A stretch of DNA of 64,000 bases from an uncultured Chloroflexia bacterium. Lineage in GTDB: Bacteria > Chloroflexota > Limnocylindria > Limnocylindrales > CSP1-4. The stretch is from contig CAVQJC010000010.1 in NCBI GenBank assembly GCA_963712745.1, positions 114,217 through 178,216 on the forward strand. Direction: 5' to 3'. The position numbers and the translations under genes are program-made. Positions 13,205 to 24,665 of the stretch are shown one piece after another (within the stretch, counting starts at the first letter, position 1; the number at the start of each line of letters is the position of its first letter). The notes below the pieces were generated by a model, which saw only the letters and a list, made by a program, of their open reading frames with translations, was not told the origin of the DNA and made no database searches.

Positions 13205-13438
13205 CTAGACGATCTCCAGGGAGATGGGCTGGCCCTCGCGCGTGGCGACGACCTTCAGCAGGGTGCGCAGGGCCTTGGCCACGGAGCCGTTGCGGCCGAT
13301 GACTTTGCCCATGTCGTCCTCGGCGACGGTGAGTTCGATGACCTGCCCGCCATCCTCTTCGTGGACCTCGACGCTGACCGCGTCGGGATCATCGACCAGG
13401 GACTTGGCTACGTAGGTGACCAGATCGACTGCTGCCAT
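13205..13438 (-). CDS. khpA: KH-domain RNA-binding protein KhpA
   Basis: LVDDPDAV, DMGKVIGRNG; follows rpsP. Confidence 0.92.
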   Translation of the reverse strand: MAAVDLVTYVAKSLVDDPDAVSVEVHEEDGGQVIELTVAEDDMGKVIGRNGSVAKALRTLLKVVATREGQPISLEIV

Positions 13439-13440
13439 GG

Positions 13441-13695
13441 CTACTTGAGGTCAGGCAGGATGCCGACCTGTCGGAAGAGCCGCTCCACGGTGGCGGAGGG
13501 CTTGGCGCCCTGTGCCATCCACTTGGTGGCCTTCTCAGCGTCGACGTTGATCTCGACGGGCTCGGCGCGCGGGTTGTAGTGACCCAGCGTCTCGATGGAG
13601 CGACCGTCACGGGCATTGCGGCTATCGGCAACGACGAAGCGGTAGCTGGGCTGCTTCTTCGCGCCGACTCGGGTGAGACGGATTCGGACTGCCAA
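13441..13695 (-). CDS. rpsP: 30S ribosomal protein S16 (TTG start)
   Basis: [37 protein letters not shown]; AGGAGG upstream of TTG at 13695. Confidence 0.97.
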   Translation of the reverse strand: MAVRIRLTRVGAKKQPSYRFVVADSRNARDGRSIETLGHYNPRAEPVEINVDAEKATKWMAQGAKPSATVERLFRQVGILPDLK

Positions 13696-13829
13696 GGTGT
13701 TCTCAGAAACCTCCTGTGGGGCGACGGCGTTGCCGCGACGATGAAGTCCCGCGGGCATGGGCACGCCGGGCACCGCTAGGCGATGCCCGGAGAATGGTAC
13801 CGCGTTATGCGACGGTCCGCGTCGGGAGG

Positions 13830-15566
13830 TCAGCCGTCGACGATGACCGATATGCGCGCCCCGGGCCCACCGTCATCGGCGGTGCTGACGACGACCATGC
13901 GGTCGAGGCCTTCCGCGTAGGGCGCGACCTGGGCCCAATCAGGCGACATCGTGGCCAGCATCGGATCGAGAGCCGTCAGCAGCGAGCTGATGTTCATGTA
14001 CATCACGCCCGTGTTGGGGGTGTCCTCGCCGATAGCGTCGACGTAGCCCGGACTGGTGGCCAGGGAGTCGGCACCGTCGGCGGCGAGAGCCGCCTGCACG
14101 AAGTCGCCGAGCCCGATGAGCAGGGCCCCGTCGGAGACGGCGACGCTGATGGTGTTCCCCATAGCCAGCGGCACCCCCGACCCGGCCAACATCTGGTCGA
14201 TCGGGAGCGTGATGGTGCTGACCTCGACATCACCGACCAAATCGGTCCCGACGCTGACGCCCTGATCCTCCATCATCATCGTGAACGTCGTGATCATGCG
14301 CATGAGATTATCGACACGCTCCTGTGCCAGCGCCTCGTCCGTGACCTCGCCGGCGATGCCCAGCCACAGCCCATCGGAACTCAGTCCGACGCCGATGCCG
14401 GCGTCTTCGACGAAGTCGAGGAACTCGGGCAGCGTCGCCTCAAGCTGGACCGCGAGAGGGCTGTTCTCACCGAGTAGAACCTCGATCTGGGCCGCGGCGC
14501 CCATGGCGCCGCTCGGATCGTCGGCCGGCATCTCGGCGGCGGCCATGAAGTCGACCAGCGCGTTGAGGCCGGACTCGACCATTGCACCCAGTTCACGCAT
14601 CTCGAAATAGACCTGCGTATCAGCGGGGAAGAGGCTGGCCATGTCGGATTCCCCGACCGCCAGGGACGGTGTCATCTCGCCAGGGGTGACCGCCGCAGTG
14701 AGGGTCATGCGGTCGTCCTCGGCCACCAGTGACATGACCATGTCCTGTGGCAGGAGAGCGGCCAGGTCCGCGGTGGGCAGAGCCATGCCGGTCTGCCCTT
14801 CGGCCATCATGCCGGCGAGGTCCATGAAGCCAGTGAACGGTGCGAAGTCCATGTAGGCCGCGCCTAGCCGACTCGTCGGCAGCTGCGACCAGGCAGCCGA
14901 GAAGTCCTGGTCGTCGGCGAGGCTCTCAGCGTCGCCCGCGAGGACGTCGATGGAGGCCATGACCTGCGCCGGGTCGTTGCTGAGCAGCAGCCAACCATCA
15001 GTGATGGCCGCGCTGGTGCTTGGATCACTGACGATGGCCACATCGTTGTACATCTCTTCTGTGGTCTCGGTCCCACCGCTGCCGATGAGGGAGTCGAAGA
15101 GCGAGGCCGCCGCGTCTTGGTCGGCCACGGCCAGGCCGATGATCATGGCCGGGTCCTCGCCCATCATGGCCGCTTCGAAGTCACCTGCCGCGAGGCCGAT
15201 CTCGCCGGTCAACACATCGCCGAAGAGGTCGCCGGCGGGCAGATCCAGGCCCATCTGACTACCGAGGCCGGTCATGACCTCGTCGATCTTCATCTGGAAG
15301 CTGCCGGCATCGGCGAAGCCGGGGAAGGCAGTCATCATCTGCGCCAGCGCCTCGTCCTGACCCGCGGGCATATCCAGCCGCGCTTCGACGTAGATGGAGC
15401 TGCCAGCGGGCACGAACTGCGGACCCTGGGACTCGCCCGCGCCGCTCTGGGCGAAGACGACGAGGCCCGATCCGGAGACGACGAGCATGACGGTCGCGAC
15501 GAGTGCGACCGCCCAACGCCACGGGCCGCGGCGCGCGGTCATGGACGTCTCAGCAGAAGTGGACAT
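13830..15566 (-). CDS. Exported acidic protein, DUF3352-like
   Basis: GGAGG then ATG at 15566; N-terminal signal/TM segment; FVPA, GEIGLA, DGWLLLS and SLADDQDF patterns resemble DUF3352 proteins (recalled similarity, not searched). Confidence 0.65.
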   Translation of the reverse strand: MSTSAETSMTARRGPWRWAVALVATVMLVVSGSGLVVFAQSGAGESQGPQFVPAGSSIYVEARLDMPAGQDEALAQMMTAFPGFADAGSFQMKIDEVMTGLGSQMGLDLPAGDLFGDVLTGEIGLAAGDFEAAMMGEDPAMIIGLAVADQDAAASLFDSLIGSGGTETTEEMYNDVAIVSDPSTSAAITDGWLLLSNDPAQVMASIDVLAGDAESLADDQDFSAAWSQLPTSRLGAAYMDFAPFTGFMDLAGMMAEGQTGMALPTADLAALLPQDMVMSLVAEDDRMTLTAAVTPGEMTPSLAVGESDMASLFPADTQVYFEMRELGAMVESGLNALVDFMAAAEMPADDPSGAMGAAAQIEVLLGENSPLAVQLEATLPEFLDFVEDAGIGVGLSSDGLWLGIAGEVTDEALAQERVDNLMRMITTFTMMMEDQGVSVGTDLVGDVEVSTITLPIDQMLAGSGVPLAMGNTISVAVSDGALLIGLGDFVQAALAADGADSLATSPGYVDAIGEDTPNTGVMYMNISSLLTALDPMLATMSPDWAQVAPYAEGLDRMVVVSTADDGGPGARISVIVDG

Positions 15567-15644
15567 GGATACCTCCGTTGCGTCGGATCGTATTGATGGA
15601 CGACTCTGCGCGGCCATTGTCTCACCGATGGCGCTGCATTCACC

Positions 15645-16976
15645 CTAGCCCAGCGGTCCCATCGGCAGGCCGGCGATCTTGCCCCCCCTGCCGCGCATCA
15701 TCTTCATCATCTTCTGCATCTCGGCGAACTGCTTCACGAGCCGGTTGACCTCCGGCAGGCTGGTGCCGGAGCCCTTGGCGATGCGCCGCCTGCGCGAGGC
15801 GTTGAGGACGCCCGGGTCGTTGCGCTCCTCGAGCGTCATCGAGCGGATGATGGCCTCGACGTGTGCCAGGTCGCCGCGGTCGATGGCCTGCTGTGCCTGC
15901 TTGGCCGCCCCGCCCAGCCCAGGGATCATGTCGATGATCGAGCCGAGCGGACCCATCTTCTTGACCTGCTGCATCTGCTCGAGGAAATCATCGAGCGTGA
16001 AGGCGTTCTTCTGTAGCTTCTCGGCGAGCTTCTCCGCTTCCTTGGCGTCGTAGGTCTCCTGCGCTCGCTCGACGAGGCTGACCACGTCGCCCATGCCCAG
16101 GATGCGTCCGGCCAGGCGGTCGGGGTGGAAGACCTCGAGCGCATCGACCTTCTCGCCGGTGCCCATGAACTTCACCGCCAGGCCGCTCACCGCCGAGATG
16201 GAGAGGGCCGCGCCACCGCGGGCATCGCCGTCGATCTTGGTCAGCACGAGGCCGGTTACCGGCGTGTTCTCGTGGAACGCCTCTGCTACCGACACAGCCT
16301 CCTGCCCGACCATGGCGTCGACCACCAGCAGCGTCTCCCTGGGCTGGACGGCCTCGTGGACCTCGCGAATCTCGGCCATCAGCTGCTCGTCGATCTGGAG
16401 GCGGCCGGCGGTGTCGAGGATGACCACGTCACGGCCAGTCTGCTTGGCCTGGGCCACCGCGCCGGTCGCGATGTCGACTACCCGCGTGCCGGCCGGAGCG
16501 CTGTAGACGGGGATGTCCAGCGAGGCGCCCAGCGTCTTGAGCTGGTCGATGGCAGCGGGCCGGTAGATGTCCGCCGCCACCAGCATGGGCTGGCGTCCCT
16601 GCCGCACGATCCAGCGTGCCAGCTTGGCCGAGGACGTGGTCTTGCCCGAGCCCTGCAGGCCGACCATGGCGATGACCGCGGGCGAGCCGTCGAAACGGAA
16701 CGTACGGTCCCCTGCCCCGAGGATAGCCGTGAGCTCCTCGTGGACGATCTTGACCACCATCTGACCGGCGTTGACGTTCTCGATGACGTCAGCCCCGATG
16801 GCACGCTCCTTCACGCGCTTGACGAAGTCCTTGACGACCTTGTAGTTGACGTCGGCCTCGAGCAGCGCGAGACGGACCTCGCGCATGGCCACGTTGACAT
16901 CGTCTTCGGTGATGCGGCCATGGCCGGTGAGTCCGGCCAGGGCGGTGCGGAGTCGGTCGGAGAGCGCGTCGAACAT
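15645..16976 (-). CDS. ffh: Signal recognition particle protein
   Basis: ALLEADV, GLQGSGKTT, DTAGR, DGDARGGAA, RRRRIAKGSG M domain. Confidence 0.98.
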   Translation of the reverse strand: MFDALSDRLRTALAGLTGHGRITEDDVNVAMREVRLALLEADVNYKVVKDFVKRVKERAIGADVIENVNAGQMVVKIVHEELTAILGAGDRTFRFDGSPAVIAMVGLQGSGKTTSSAKLARWIVRQGRQPMLVAADIYRPAAIDQLKTLGASLDIPVYSAPAGTRVVDIATGAVAQAKQTGRDVVILDTAGRLQIDEQLMAEIREVHEAVQPRETLLVVDAMVGQEAVSVAEAFHENTPVTGLVLTKIDGDARGGAALSISAVSGLAVKFMGTGEKVDALEVFHPDRLAGRILGMGDVVSLVERAQETYDAKEAEKLAEKLQKNAFTLDDFLEQMQQVKKMGPLGSIIDMIPGLGGAAKQAQQAIDRGDLAHVEAIIRSMTLEERNDPGVLNASRRRRIAKGSGTSLPEVNRLVKQFAEMQKMMKMMRGRGGKIAGLPMGPLG

Positions 16977-17120
16977 GGGCGTCAGTCTAGCGGCGCTTGC
17001 GGATGTGGCCGGGACTGCGGCTGAGGCCGAGCCCGGGCTGCGCCGCCGAGCGCACAGCGGAGGCCGCCTCGGGGCCCGGCGCGCCGGGCCATGGCCTTGG
17101 GCTCCCCGCCGTACGCGGGC

Positions 17121-18071
17121 CTATCTGCGCGGGGGTGGATCCCCGTCCACCGCGAACAGGGCGGCCACGAAGGCGTTGGGGTCGAAGTCACGCAGATCGG
17201 TCATCTTCTCGCCCAGGCCCACGAAGAGCACGGGGACGTCCATCGAACGCTCGATGGCGAAGGCCACGCCGCCCTTGGCCGTGGAGTCGAGCTTGGTCAG
17301 CGCGATGGCGGTCAAGCCGGAGGAGCGGTGGAAGGCCTTGGCCTGCATCAACCCGTTCTGGCCGGTGGTGGCGTCGAGCACGAAGAGCACCTCCGGCTGC
17401 GCCTCGGGGATGCGCTTGCTGATGGTGCGGCGGATCTTGGCCAGCTCCTCCATCAGGTTGGCCTTGGTGTGCAGCCGACCGGCGGTGTCGATGATGACCA
17501 CGTCCATGCCCCGGGCCTTGGCCGCGTCCATGGCATCGAAGACGACCGCAGAGGGGTCCGCGCCGGCGGCGTGCGAGATGACCGGTACATCGATACGTCC
17601 GGCCCAGTCCGTGAGCTGTTCGATGGCCGCGGCACGGAAGGTATCGGCAGCAGCGAGCAGGACCTTGGCCCCCAGGGACTTGAAGCGGTAGGCCAGCTTG
17701 GCGATGGTGGTGGTCTTGCCCGTACCGTTCACGCCGACCACGAGGATGACCGCGGGGATACCGGGCCCGGGGATTCGCGGCCAGGGAACCGCCTTGCGCT
17801 CGGCGAACAGGTTGAGCAGCTCAAGCTGCAGGGCCTTCTGAGGGCCCACTTCGGTGCGGGCGCGGGCACGGTCGCAGACCTCGATGGCCAGCTCGGCACC
17901 GAGGTCGGCCGAGATGAGCGCCTCTTCGACCTCCTCCCACGTCTCGTCATCGAGATCGCCGGAGCCGAGCAGGCCGCGGACCCGTTCGGCGAATCCGAGT
18001 CGCGTCGGCTTGAGCGCATCCTGAAGCAGGATCCGCTCGGGCGGCGCTGCACCCGACCCGGGTGCGGTCAC
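17121..18071 (-). CDS. ftsY: SRP receptor FtsY (NG domain only)
   Basis: GVNGTGKTTTIAKLA, DTFRAAA, DTAGRLH, TKLDSTAKGG. Confidence 0.97.
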   Translation of the reverse strand: MTAPGSGAAPPERILLQDALKPTRLGFAERVRGLLGSGDLDDETWEEVEEALISADLGAELAIEVCDRARARTEVGPQKALQLELLNLFAERKAVPWPRIPGPGIPAVILVVGVNGTGKTTTIAKLAYRFKSLGAKVLLAAADTFRAAAIEQLTDWAGRIDVPVISHAAGADPSAVVFDAMDAAKARGMDVVIIDTAGRLHTKANLMEELAKIRRTISKRIPEAQPEVLFVLDATTGQNGLMQAKAFHRSSGLTAIALTKLDSTAKGGVAFAIERSMDVPVLFVGLGEKMTDLRDFDPNAFVAALFAVDGDPPPRR

Positions 18072-21000
18072 GCGAGCGCCCGGCCCGCGAGGCGCGGGTC
18101 GCCCTCGGGCAGGTCCGCCAGCTTCAGCGAGATGACATGGCTGACCGCGTCGTCACCGACCGTGACGCCGTAGAGCGCATCGGCGGCCTCGATAGTGCCG
18201 CGGTTGTGCGTGATGACCACGAACTGGATCTCCTCAGCCAGGGAACGAAGGGCCGATGAGAAGCGCCCGATATTGGCTTCGTCGAGGGCGGCGTCGACTT
18301 CGTCGAGCACGCAGAAGGGCACGGGCCGGACCTCGAGCATGGCCATCAGCAGGGCCACCGCGGTGAGGGCGCGCTCGCCTCCAGAGAGCATCGCCAGCGG
18401 CTGGCGCTTCTTGCCCGGTGGGCGGGCCGTGATCTCGACGCCGGTGGTCGAGAGGTCGTTGGAATCGGTCAGCGAGAGCACCGCCTCCCCACCGCCGAAG
18501 AGCTGATGGAAGCGACGGCTGAAGGCGCCCTCCAGCGCCTCGAAGGTCTGTCGGAACTGCTCGGTCATGAGGTTGCCCAGGCGGCCGATCAGCTCACGCG
18601 TGTCGCGGATGGCCTTCTCCAGGTCTTCGCGCTGGGACTCCAGCGACTCCAGCCGCACCTTGACCTCGGCCAGCTCCTGCACCGCGAAGGGGTTGCTGGC
18701 TCCGACATCGTTGAAACGGCGGCGCAGGGCGGAGATGCGCGCCCGTGAGGGGGGCTCAGCCGCCGGCGCGCCGACGGCTGAGGCCTCGCGCCAGGCGTCA
18801 AGGGCGGCGTCGAGTGCCGTTTCGAGCAGCTCCGGCAGCTCGTCCGCGCCCGGCGTCCCGGACGGTACCGCCTGATCCGCCTGGGCCAGCAGCGTGGTGA
18901 GGCCGTCATCACCGATCGAGGCCAGCTCCACGAGCAGACCTTCCCGGGCCGCGTCGACCTGCATGCGCGCCTCCATCTCGGCCACCTCGCTGTGGCGGCT
19001 GCGGCCTTCCGCCACCCGCAGGCGCTCGCGAGCAGCACTGGCAGCCGTCTCGGCAGCCAGCAGCTCATCGCGCTCGCCCCGCGCCGAGGCTATCGAGGAC
19101 TCGAAGGCTTCGTGCTCGGTGCGCTGGCGCGAGCGGGCCGCGGCCAGTTCGCCGGCCAGTCGTTCGCGCTCGGTGACCAGGTCCGCCTCGCGGCCACTGA
19201 GCCCGACCTCATCACGCTCGAGCTCCTCGATCCGGGCCTCGGCCAGACCAAGGGCGACCTCGGCCCGGCGCCGGTCCTCCATGGCCCGGTCGCGCGCCGT
19301 ACGTGCCTCGCCGGCCACCGAGGCAGCCGCGTCTCGCTCCCCGCGCAGGGCAGTCACGCGCGCCTCGAGGGCAGCAAGGGCGTCGCGGACCTCGTCGCTG
19401 GCTCCCTCCCCGGACTGGTGCTCGTCGAAATCCTTGAGCCCGGCCGCCCGTAGCGCCGCCTCCTCGCGGGCCGTCGCCGCATCGCCCTCGGCGCGCTCCA
19501 GCACGGCCTCCTGCCAGGCCAGGTCACGGGTCGCGTTCTCGGCCGCGGAGGCCGCGGAACGGTCGGTCTCATCGGCCACCCGCCGTTCGCGCCGCGCGGC
19601 GTCGAGGGCCTCGCGCGTGCTCTGTGATCGCTCCACTGCCGCCGTGCCGGCCTTCTCGGCCGCGTCCGCGGTCGCTGCGGCCGCCTGGAGCTCTGTCTCG
19701 GTCCGCTCCAGCCGCCGGGCGACCTCGTCGAGAGTGGCGCGCCGCTCGAGCGTTGACGCTCCGGGCGCGGGATGGATGACACCCATGTCGTCGATGACCA
19801 CGCCGTCCCTGGTCACCAACCGCCAGCCGGGGGGTAGATCGACTCGCAGGGAGAGCGCGTCGTCAAGCGTCGGGACCCAGGCACAGCGCGAGAGCAGCCG
19901 GGCAGCGTGTGACTCAGGGTCGAGCCGGAGCGCTGTCGACAGCGACCCGCCGCCGGCCTCGCCGACCTGCTCAGTAAGCCTGCTGGCAGCCCGGTCGGCT
20001 GCGCGACTGCGACCGTCGCCGCCGTCGCGCAGCACCATCACCGCGGCGGCATCGGCCAGCGCGCGCGCGTCGTCGGGGTCGATCACCAGGCCGGTGAGGA
20101 TGTCGCCCAGGGCGGCTTCGACGGCGGGCCGCAGTTCAGGCTCGACCTCCAGGCCCTCGCTGAAGCGACGTCCTCCCCGTGCGCGCGCGGAGCGCAGCAG
20201 CGACTGATCGAGCCCGGACTCCAACTGCTGCTCGAGCGCTTCACGCCTGGCCTTGAGCCCCTCGAACTCGGCTCGTAGCCGGCTGAGGGTCTCGTTGGCG
20301 GAGGAGGTGGCGGCCTCGGCTTCGTTGACCGCGACGCGGGCCATGGTGGCCTCGGACTCAGCCGCCTGTTCCGCGGCGTGTGCGGCGGCGCGAGACTCGG
20401 CCGCGGCGGCGGCCTTCTCAGCAGCCAGCGCCGCGGTCTCGACCTTGCTAGCGACCTGCTCCTGCTGGGCGCTCAGGCGGCGTTCAGCCTCGGCCTGGCG
20501 GCGGGCGGCTCGTTCCGCGTCGGCGGCGAGGCGGGCGCGGGCAGCGCGGGCGGTGGTGGCCCGCTCCTCGTCGGCGCGCCCGGCCTGGCGCAGCTCGTCG
20601 GCATCGCGTGAGGCTTCGGCCAGGCGCTGCTCGGCCTGCTCAAGAGCATCCTCGGCGGCTCGGTCGGGCTCCGGCAGCACCGCCGCCATGCGGCGCCGCG
20701 CCTCTTCCGCGCGGGCGGCTGTGGCAGCCTTCTCCTCGCCGATGCGGGACCGCTCGCGCACGAGCGCCTCAGCCTCGCTGGCGGAGCGAGTCTGCGCCAG
20801 CTCGATACGCTGGACCACTGTCCTGGCCTCGTCGAGACGCTGGCGCAGGCGCTGCTCGGCATCGGCCCGCTCGGACAGGGCGCGCGTCAGTGAAGCGGCC
20901 CTGTCCTCCGCGTCTCGCAGCGCTCCGAGGGCAGCGTCGGCCTCGTGACGCGACGAGGCCAGTGCTTCAGCGTGACGCTGGGATTCGATCTCGGCCGCGC

Positions 21001-21709
21001 TCAGGCGCGCCCGGGCCCCGGCCACGAGGGCCTCCGCCAGCTCCGCGCCGGCGGCCATGCGAGCCTCCTGCTGCTCAGCCTGGGCCGCCAGGCGGCGGGC
21101 CTGCGGGCGCAGCTCGGCGAGCACGTCGCGCACGCGCTCGAGGTTGGACTCGGCTTCGCTCAGCTCGTTCTCCGCCTTCTTGCGCCGTCGCTGGTGCTTG
21201 CGGATGCCCGCCGCTTCCTCGAACAGCGGGCGTCGCTCCTCCGGACGCAAGGCCAGCGCCTGGTCGACCATGCCCTGGCCGATGAAGAGGAAGGCGTTGT
21301 CGGCGATATTGGCGTCATCGAGCAGCTCGACCAGGTCGCGCAGACGGATGCGCTGGCGGTTCAGCAGGTACTCGTTCTCGCCGGAGCGGAAGAGGCGGCG
21401 CGAGAGCTCGACCTCGCCGAAGTCGACCGAGAGCAGCCGGTCCTCGTTGTCGATGACGAGGCTGACATCGGCCATGCCCACGGCTCGTCGGTTGGCCGAA
21501 CCGGCGAAGATGAGGTCCTCAGCACGGCGGCTGCGCAGCGCCCGGCCTTGCTCCCCCAGAGCCCAGCGCAGGGCGTCGGCGAGGTTGGACTTGCCGCTGC
21601 CGTTGGGACCGACGACCGCCGAGATCCCGGGCCCGAACTCCACCACTGTGCGCTCTGCGAACGACTTGAAGCCGACCATGCGCAGCTCGCGCAGACGCGC
21701 CAGGCTCAC
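18068..21709 (-). CDS. smc: Chromosome segregation protein SMC
   Basis: GFKSFA, GPNGSGKSN, long coiled coils, hinge, LSGGE, LDEVDAALD. Confidence 0.97.
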   Translation of the reverse strand: MSLARLRELRMVGFKSFAERTVVEFGPGISAVVGPNGSGKSNLADALRWALGEQGRALRSRRAEDLIFAGSANRRAVGMADVSLVIDNEDRLLSVDFGEVELSRRLFRSGENEYLLNRQRIRLRDLVELLDDANIADNAFLFIGQGMVDQALALRPEERRPLFEEAAGIRKHQRRRKKAENELSEAESNLERVRDVLAELRPQARRLAAQAEQQEARMAAGAELAEALVAGARARLSAAEIESQRHAEALASSRHEADAALGALRDAEDRAASLTRALSERADAEQRLRQRLDEARTVVQRIELAQTRSASEAEALVRERSRIGEEKAATAARAEEARRRMAAVLPEPDRAAEDALEQAEQRLAEASRDADELRQAGRADEERATTARAARARLAADAERAARRQAEAERRLSAQQEQVASKVETAALAAEKAAAAAESRAAAHAAEQAAESEATMARVAVNEAEAATSSANETLSRLRAEFEGLKARREALEQQLESGLDQSLLRSARARGGRRFSEGLEVEPELRPAVEAALGDILTGLVIDPDDARALADAAAVMVLRDGGDGRSRAADRAASRLTEQVGEAGGGSLSTALRLDPESHAARLLSRCAWVPTLDDALSLRVDLPPGWRLVTRDGVVIDDMGVIHPAPGASTLERRATLDEVARRLERTETELQAAAATADAAEKAGTAAVERSQSTREALDAARRERRVADETDRSAASAAENATRDLAWQEAVLERAEGDAATAREEAALRAAGLKDFDEHQSGEGASDEVRDALAALEARVTALRGERDAAASVAGEARTARDRAMEDRRRAEVALGLAEARIEELERDEVGLSGREADLVTERERLAGELAAARSRQRTEHEAFESSIASARGERDELLAAETAASAARERLRVAEGRSRHSEVAEMEARMQVDAAREGLLVELASIGDDGLTTLLAQADQAVPSGTPGADELPELLETALDAALDAWREASAVGAPAAEPPSRARISALRRRFNDVGASNPFAVQELAEVKVRLESLESQREDLEKAIRDTRELIGRLGNLMTEQFRQTFEALEGAFSRRFHQLFGGGEAVLSLTDSNDLSTTGVEITARPPGKKRQPLAMLSGGERALTAVALLMAMLEVRPVPFCVLDEVDAALDEANIGRFSSALRSLAEEIQFVVITHNRGTIEAADALYGVTVGDDAVSHVISLKLADLPEGDPRLAGRALA

Positions 21710-22437
21710 GTGGCTGCGGCCTCCGCTTCGGCCACCAGGCCATCGGTCGCGCCGATCTGCTCGAGGGCGGCCTCGGCCGCATGGGTCTCGGCCTCGCGCC
21801 GGCTCCGGCCCTCGCCGGTGCCGATGACGTCGCCGTCGACAGCTACCTCGACGATGAAGTGACGGGCGTGGTCGGGGCCTTCGCTGCTGACGATGCGATA
21901 GGCCGGCGCGCGGCCGGTAGACGCGAAGGCGTGTTCCTGCAGCCGGCTCTTTGGCGCCTTGAGGGCGTCGAGCGGCAAGGCGGCATCGAGTTCGGGAGCA
22001 GCCGCTTCGAGGATGAAGTGGCGGGCGGCATCGAGGCCACGGTCGAGGTAGATGGCCGCGACGATCGATTCGAAGAGACCCGCCAGCACCGAGCTGCGTC
22101 GACGCTCGCCGGAGTTTTCGGCACCCTGGCCCAGGACGAGTGCTTCGCCGATCTCGAGGCGGCGAGCCATCCGGGCCAAGCCACGCGTGGACACGATGGC
22201 AGCACGCCTGGTGGTCAGCGTTCCCTCGGGCTCGTCGCGATGGCGCTTGAAGAGCGCCTCCGACATGACCAGGGAGAGGACGGCATCGCCGAGGAACTCG
22301 AGCCGCTCGTTGGACTCGGTGAGGCTCTCAGGATGCTCGTTCACATAGCTGCTATGGACGAGGGCCTCGGTCAGGAGCGCGGGGTCGTCGAATTCCAGGC
22401 CGAGACGGTCGGCGAGCTCGGCGGTGCTCGTGGGCAT
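21706..22437 (-). CDS. rnc: Ribonuclease III
   Basis: NERLEFLGDAVL and a C-terminal dsRBD. Confidence 0.97.
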   Translation of the reverse strand: MPTSTAELADRLGLEFDDPALLTEALVHSSYVNEHPESLTESNERLEFLGDAVLSLVMSEALFKRHRDEPEGTLTTRRAAIVSTRGLARMARRLEIGEALVLGQGAENSGERRRSSVLAGLFESIVAAIYLDRGLDAARHFILEAAAPELDAALPLDALKAPKSRLQEHAFASTGRAPAYRIVSSEGPDHARHFIVEVAVDGDVIGTGEGRSRREAETHAAEAALEQIGATDGLVAEAEAAAT

Positions 22438-22454
22438 CGACCCCGGTCGGGGGG

Positions 22455-22697
22455 CTACTGGTTGAGGCGCTCGTCGATGTAGTCGACAGCGTCCTGGACG
22501 GTGCGGATGTTCTCTGCATCCTCGTCCGAGATCTCGGTTCCGAACTCCTCCTCGAGACTCATGACGAGCTCGACGAGGTCAAGGGAGTCGGCGTTCAGGT
22601 CATCCACGAACGAAGCCTCAAGCTTGACATCGGCCTCGTCCACACCGAGCTGCTCGACGATGATCTTCTTGAGTCGCTCGAAGGTCGAAGCGGTCAC
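22455..22697 (-). CDS. acpP: Acyl carrier protein
   Basis: [14 protein letters not shown] phosphopantetheine motif. Confidence 0.97.
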   Translation of the reverse strand: MTASTFERLKKIIVEQLGVDEADVKLEASFVDDLNADSLDLVELVMSLEEEFGTEISDEDAENIRTVQDAVDYIDERLNQ

Positions 22698-23239
22698 TCT
22701 CTGGGTCCCTCCCTATGGGCTTGGGTCACTGTATCGGTCACGCTCTCGGGGCCTGCGGGGCTTCCGTCCCGATCGGTCTCCTCTGCTTTCGCGGCCGCCT
22801 CCTGAGCGACACGTCCTAGAGCGCCATTCATGAGCCGCCGGGTGGGCTCTCCGCTGTAGGTTCGAGCGAGCTCGACCCACTCCGATATCGCGACCCGGGC
22901 TGGCGTCGTCGGGCAGTGTAGCAGTTCGCTAACGCCGCAACGCAGCAGAGCGCGGTCGATGCGCGCAAGCTGGACGACGGGATACTGCGTGGCCACCGAC
23001 TCGATGCGCTCATCGATGGAGTCACGGTAGGTCACGACGGCCTCGGCGATGCGGCGGGCGTGCGTGGCAGCGCGCTCACCGATATCGCCCTCCGCGAGCC
23101 GACGCTCGAGGGCGGCTCCGGCCGTACGCTGCCCGAACTCGGCCTCGAAGACCGCGGCCAGCGCCAGCTGGCGACCCTCGCGCTCCGGCCCGTGGACCGT
23201 GGGCCCGGTCCTGGCACGAGCAGCGGGGGTGTCAGTCAC
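22694..23239 (-). CDS. nusB: Transcription antitermination factor NusB
   Basis: [38 protein letters not shown] start at 23239 overlaps the plsX end. Confidence 0.88.
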   Translation of the reverse strand: MTDTPAARARTGPTVHGPEREGRQLALAAVFEAEFGQRTAGAALERRLAEGDIGERAATHARRIAEAVVTYRDSIDERIESVATQYPVVQLARIDRALLRCGVSELLHCPTTPARVAISEWVELARTYSGEPTRRLMNGALGRVAQEAAAKAEETDRDGSPAGPESVTDTVTQAHREGPRE

Positions 23240-24371
23240 CCTCGGCGACCTCGGCCACCTCGGCCGGCTCGGGCGTCGTCCCGGACTCTGGATGCAGAGC
23301 CGCGGTCTTCTTCTGGGCCGTCGACTTGTCCACGCCCTCGGACACCAGCGTGGCCGTGATGCGCTCGGGGATGTTGGCCCGTGCCGCGGCGGCCGTGACC
23401 TCAACGGCGTAGCCGATCATGCGGCGCTTGGCGCTGCCGTGGGTGATGAGGACCGTGCCGTTGACGCCGAGCAGTGGTGAACCACCCAGCTTCTCGTAGT
23501 CGAAGCGCGAGCGGATGCGGCGGATGCCGGGACGCATGAAGAAGTAGCCGAGCGGGCCCCAGGGCGGACGGCGGAACTCGGTCTCGAGCATGCCGAAGAT
23601 GGTCAGCGACAGACCCTCGAAGAACTTCATCACCACGTTGCCCACCGAGGCGTCGCAGACGACCACATCAGCGGGGTGGTGGGGCACATCACGGCCTTCG
23701 ACGTTGCCGATGAAGTTGAGGTGCCCGTCGCGCAGCAGGATGGTCGCGTCCTGCACTCTTGTCTCGCCCTTGCCCTCCTCGCCGCCGATCGAAAGCAGCG
23801 CCACGGTCGGGTCGGTCACGCCCAGCACGCGTTCGCTGAAGAGCGAGCCCATGTGCGCGAACTGGGCCAGGTTGACACCGGTGGAGTCGGTCGTGGCCCC
23901 GATGTCGAGCAGGGTCAGCGGGCCCTTGTCCGTGATCATCTGGACGGCCAGGGCCGGACGATCCACGCCGGGCAGCCGTTTCAGGTGCAGGATGGCGGAA
24001 GCTACGCCGGCGCCGGTGTGACCGGCGGAGACGACGGCATCGGCCTCACCGTCACGCACCAGGCGCATGGCCACGTTGATGCTGGCGTCCTTCTTGCGCC
24101 GGACCGCGACCGCCGGTGCCTCGCCCATGCCCACCGCCTGGCTGGCGTGGACGAGGCGCACATGATCGGGCAAGGCCTCGTCGATGAAGGGCGTGATGCG
24201 GCCCTCATCGCCCACGAGGATGACCTCCACGTCGGGGTGCTCACGGGCCCACTCGACTGCGCCGCGCACGACTTCTTCGGGGGCGTGATCGCCGCCCATG
24301 GCGTCGACGGCCACGCGTGGTCGTTCGAGGAAGCCGTCACCTGTGCCCTGTTCGAGGGCTGAGACGTCCAC
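23232..24371 (-). CDS. plsX: Phosphate acyltransferase PlsX
   Basis: VAVDAMGGDHAP, VSAGHTGA, GVDRPAL, FIGNVEG. Confidence 0.96.
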   Translation of the reverse strand: MDVSALEQGTGDGFLERPRVAVDAMGGDHAPEEVVRGAVEWAREHPDVEVILVGDEGRITPFIDEALPDHVRLVHASQAVGMGEAPAVAVRRKKDASINVAMRLVRDGEADAVVSAGHTGAGVASAILHLKRLPGVDRPALAVQMITDKGPLTLLDIGATTDSTGVNLAQFAHMGSLFSERVLGVTDPTVALLSIGGEEGKGETRVQDATILLRDGHLNFIGNVEGRDVPHHPADVVVCDASVGNVVMKFFEGLSLTIFGMLETEFRRPPWGPLGYFFMRPGIRRIRSRFDYEKLGGSPLLGVNGTVLITHGSAKRRMIGYAVEVTAAAARANIPERITATLVSEGVDKSTAQKKTAALHPESGTTPEPAEVAEVAEGD

Positions 24372-24410
24372 GTCAGGCGGCTCGGGTCAATGGCTGCGCG
24401 TGGGCGACCG

Positions 24411-24611
24411 TCAGGCGCTCTGCTCGGGCGTCTTCTCGCGGATCTTCACCGCCTCACGACCGCCGTACCAGCCGCAATTGGGGCAGGCATGGTGCGGACG
24501 CTTGGGCTGGTGGCAATGCGAGCACGCCTCGAGGCTTGGGACCGTGAGCGCGTGGTGCGAGCGCCGTTCGCGCTTGCGGGTGCTCGAGACACGTCGCTTG
24601 GGGACTCCCAT
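24411..24611 (-). CDS. rpmF: 50S ribosomal protein L32 (Zn-ribbon form)
   Basis: [24 protein letters not shown]. Confidence 0.96.
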   Translation of the reverse strand: MGVPKRRVSSTRKRERRSHHALTVPSLEACSHCHQPKRPHHACPNCGWYGGREAVKIREKTPEQSA

Positions 24612-24665
24612 GGATTACCTCGTTTCCTTCTCTGGGGGGTTGCTGTTCATGCTGACGCTGAAGCG

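Noticed and set aside
16990-17120. SRP RNA between ffh and ftsY
   Set aside because: Only GC-rich hairpins are present; the conserved SRP domain IV (CAGG..GGAA..AGCA) is absent.
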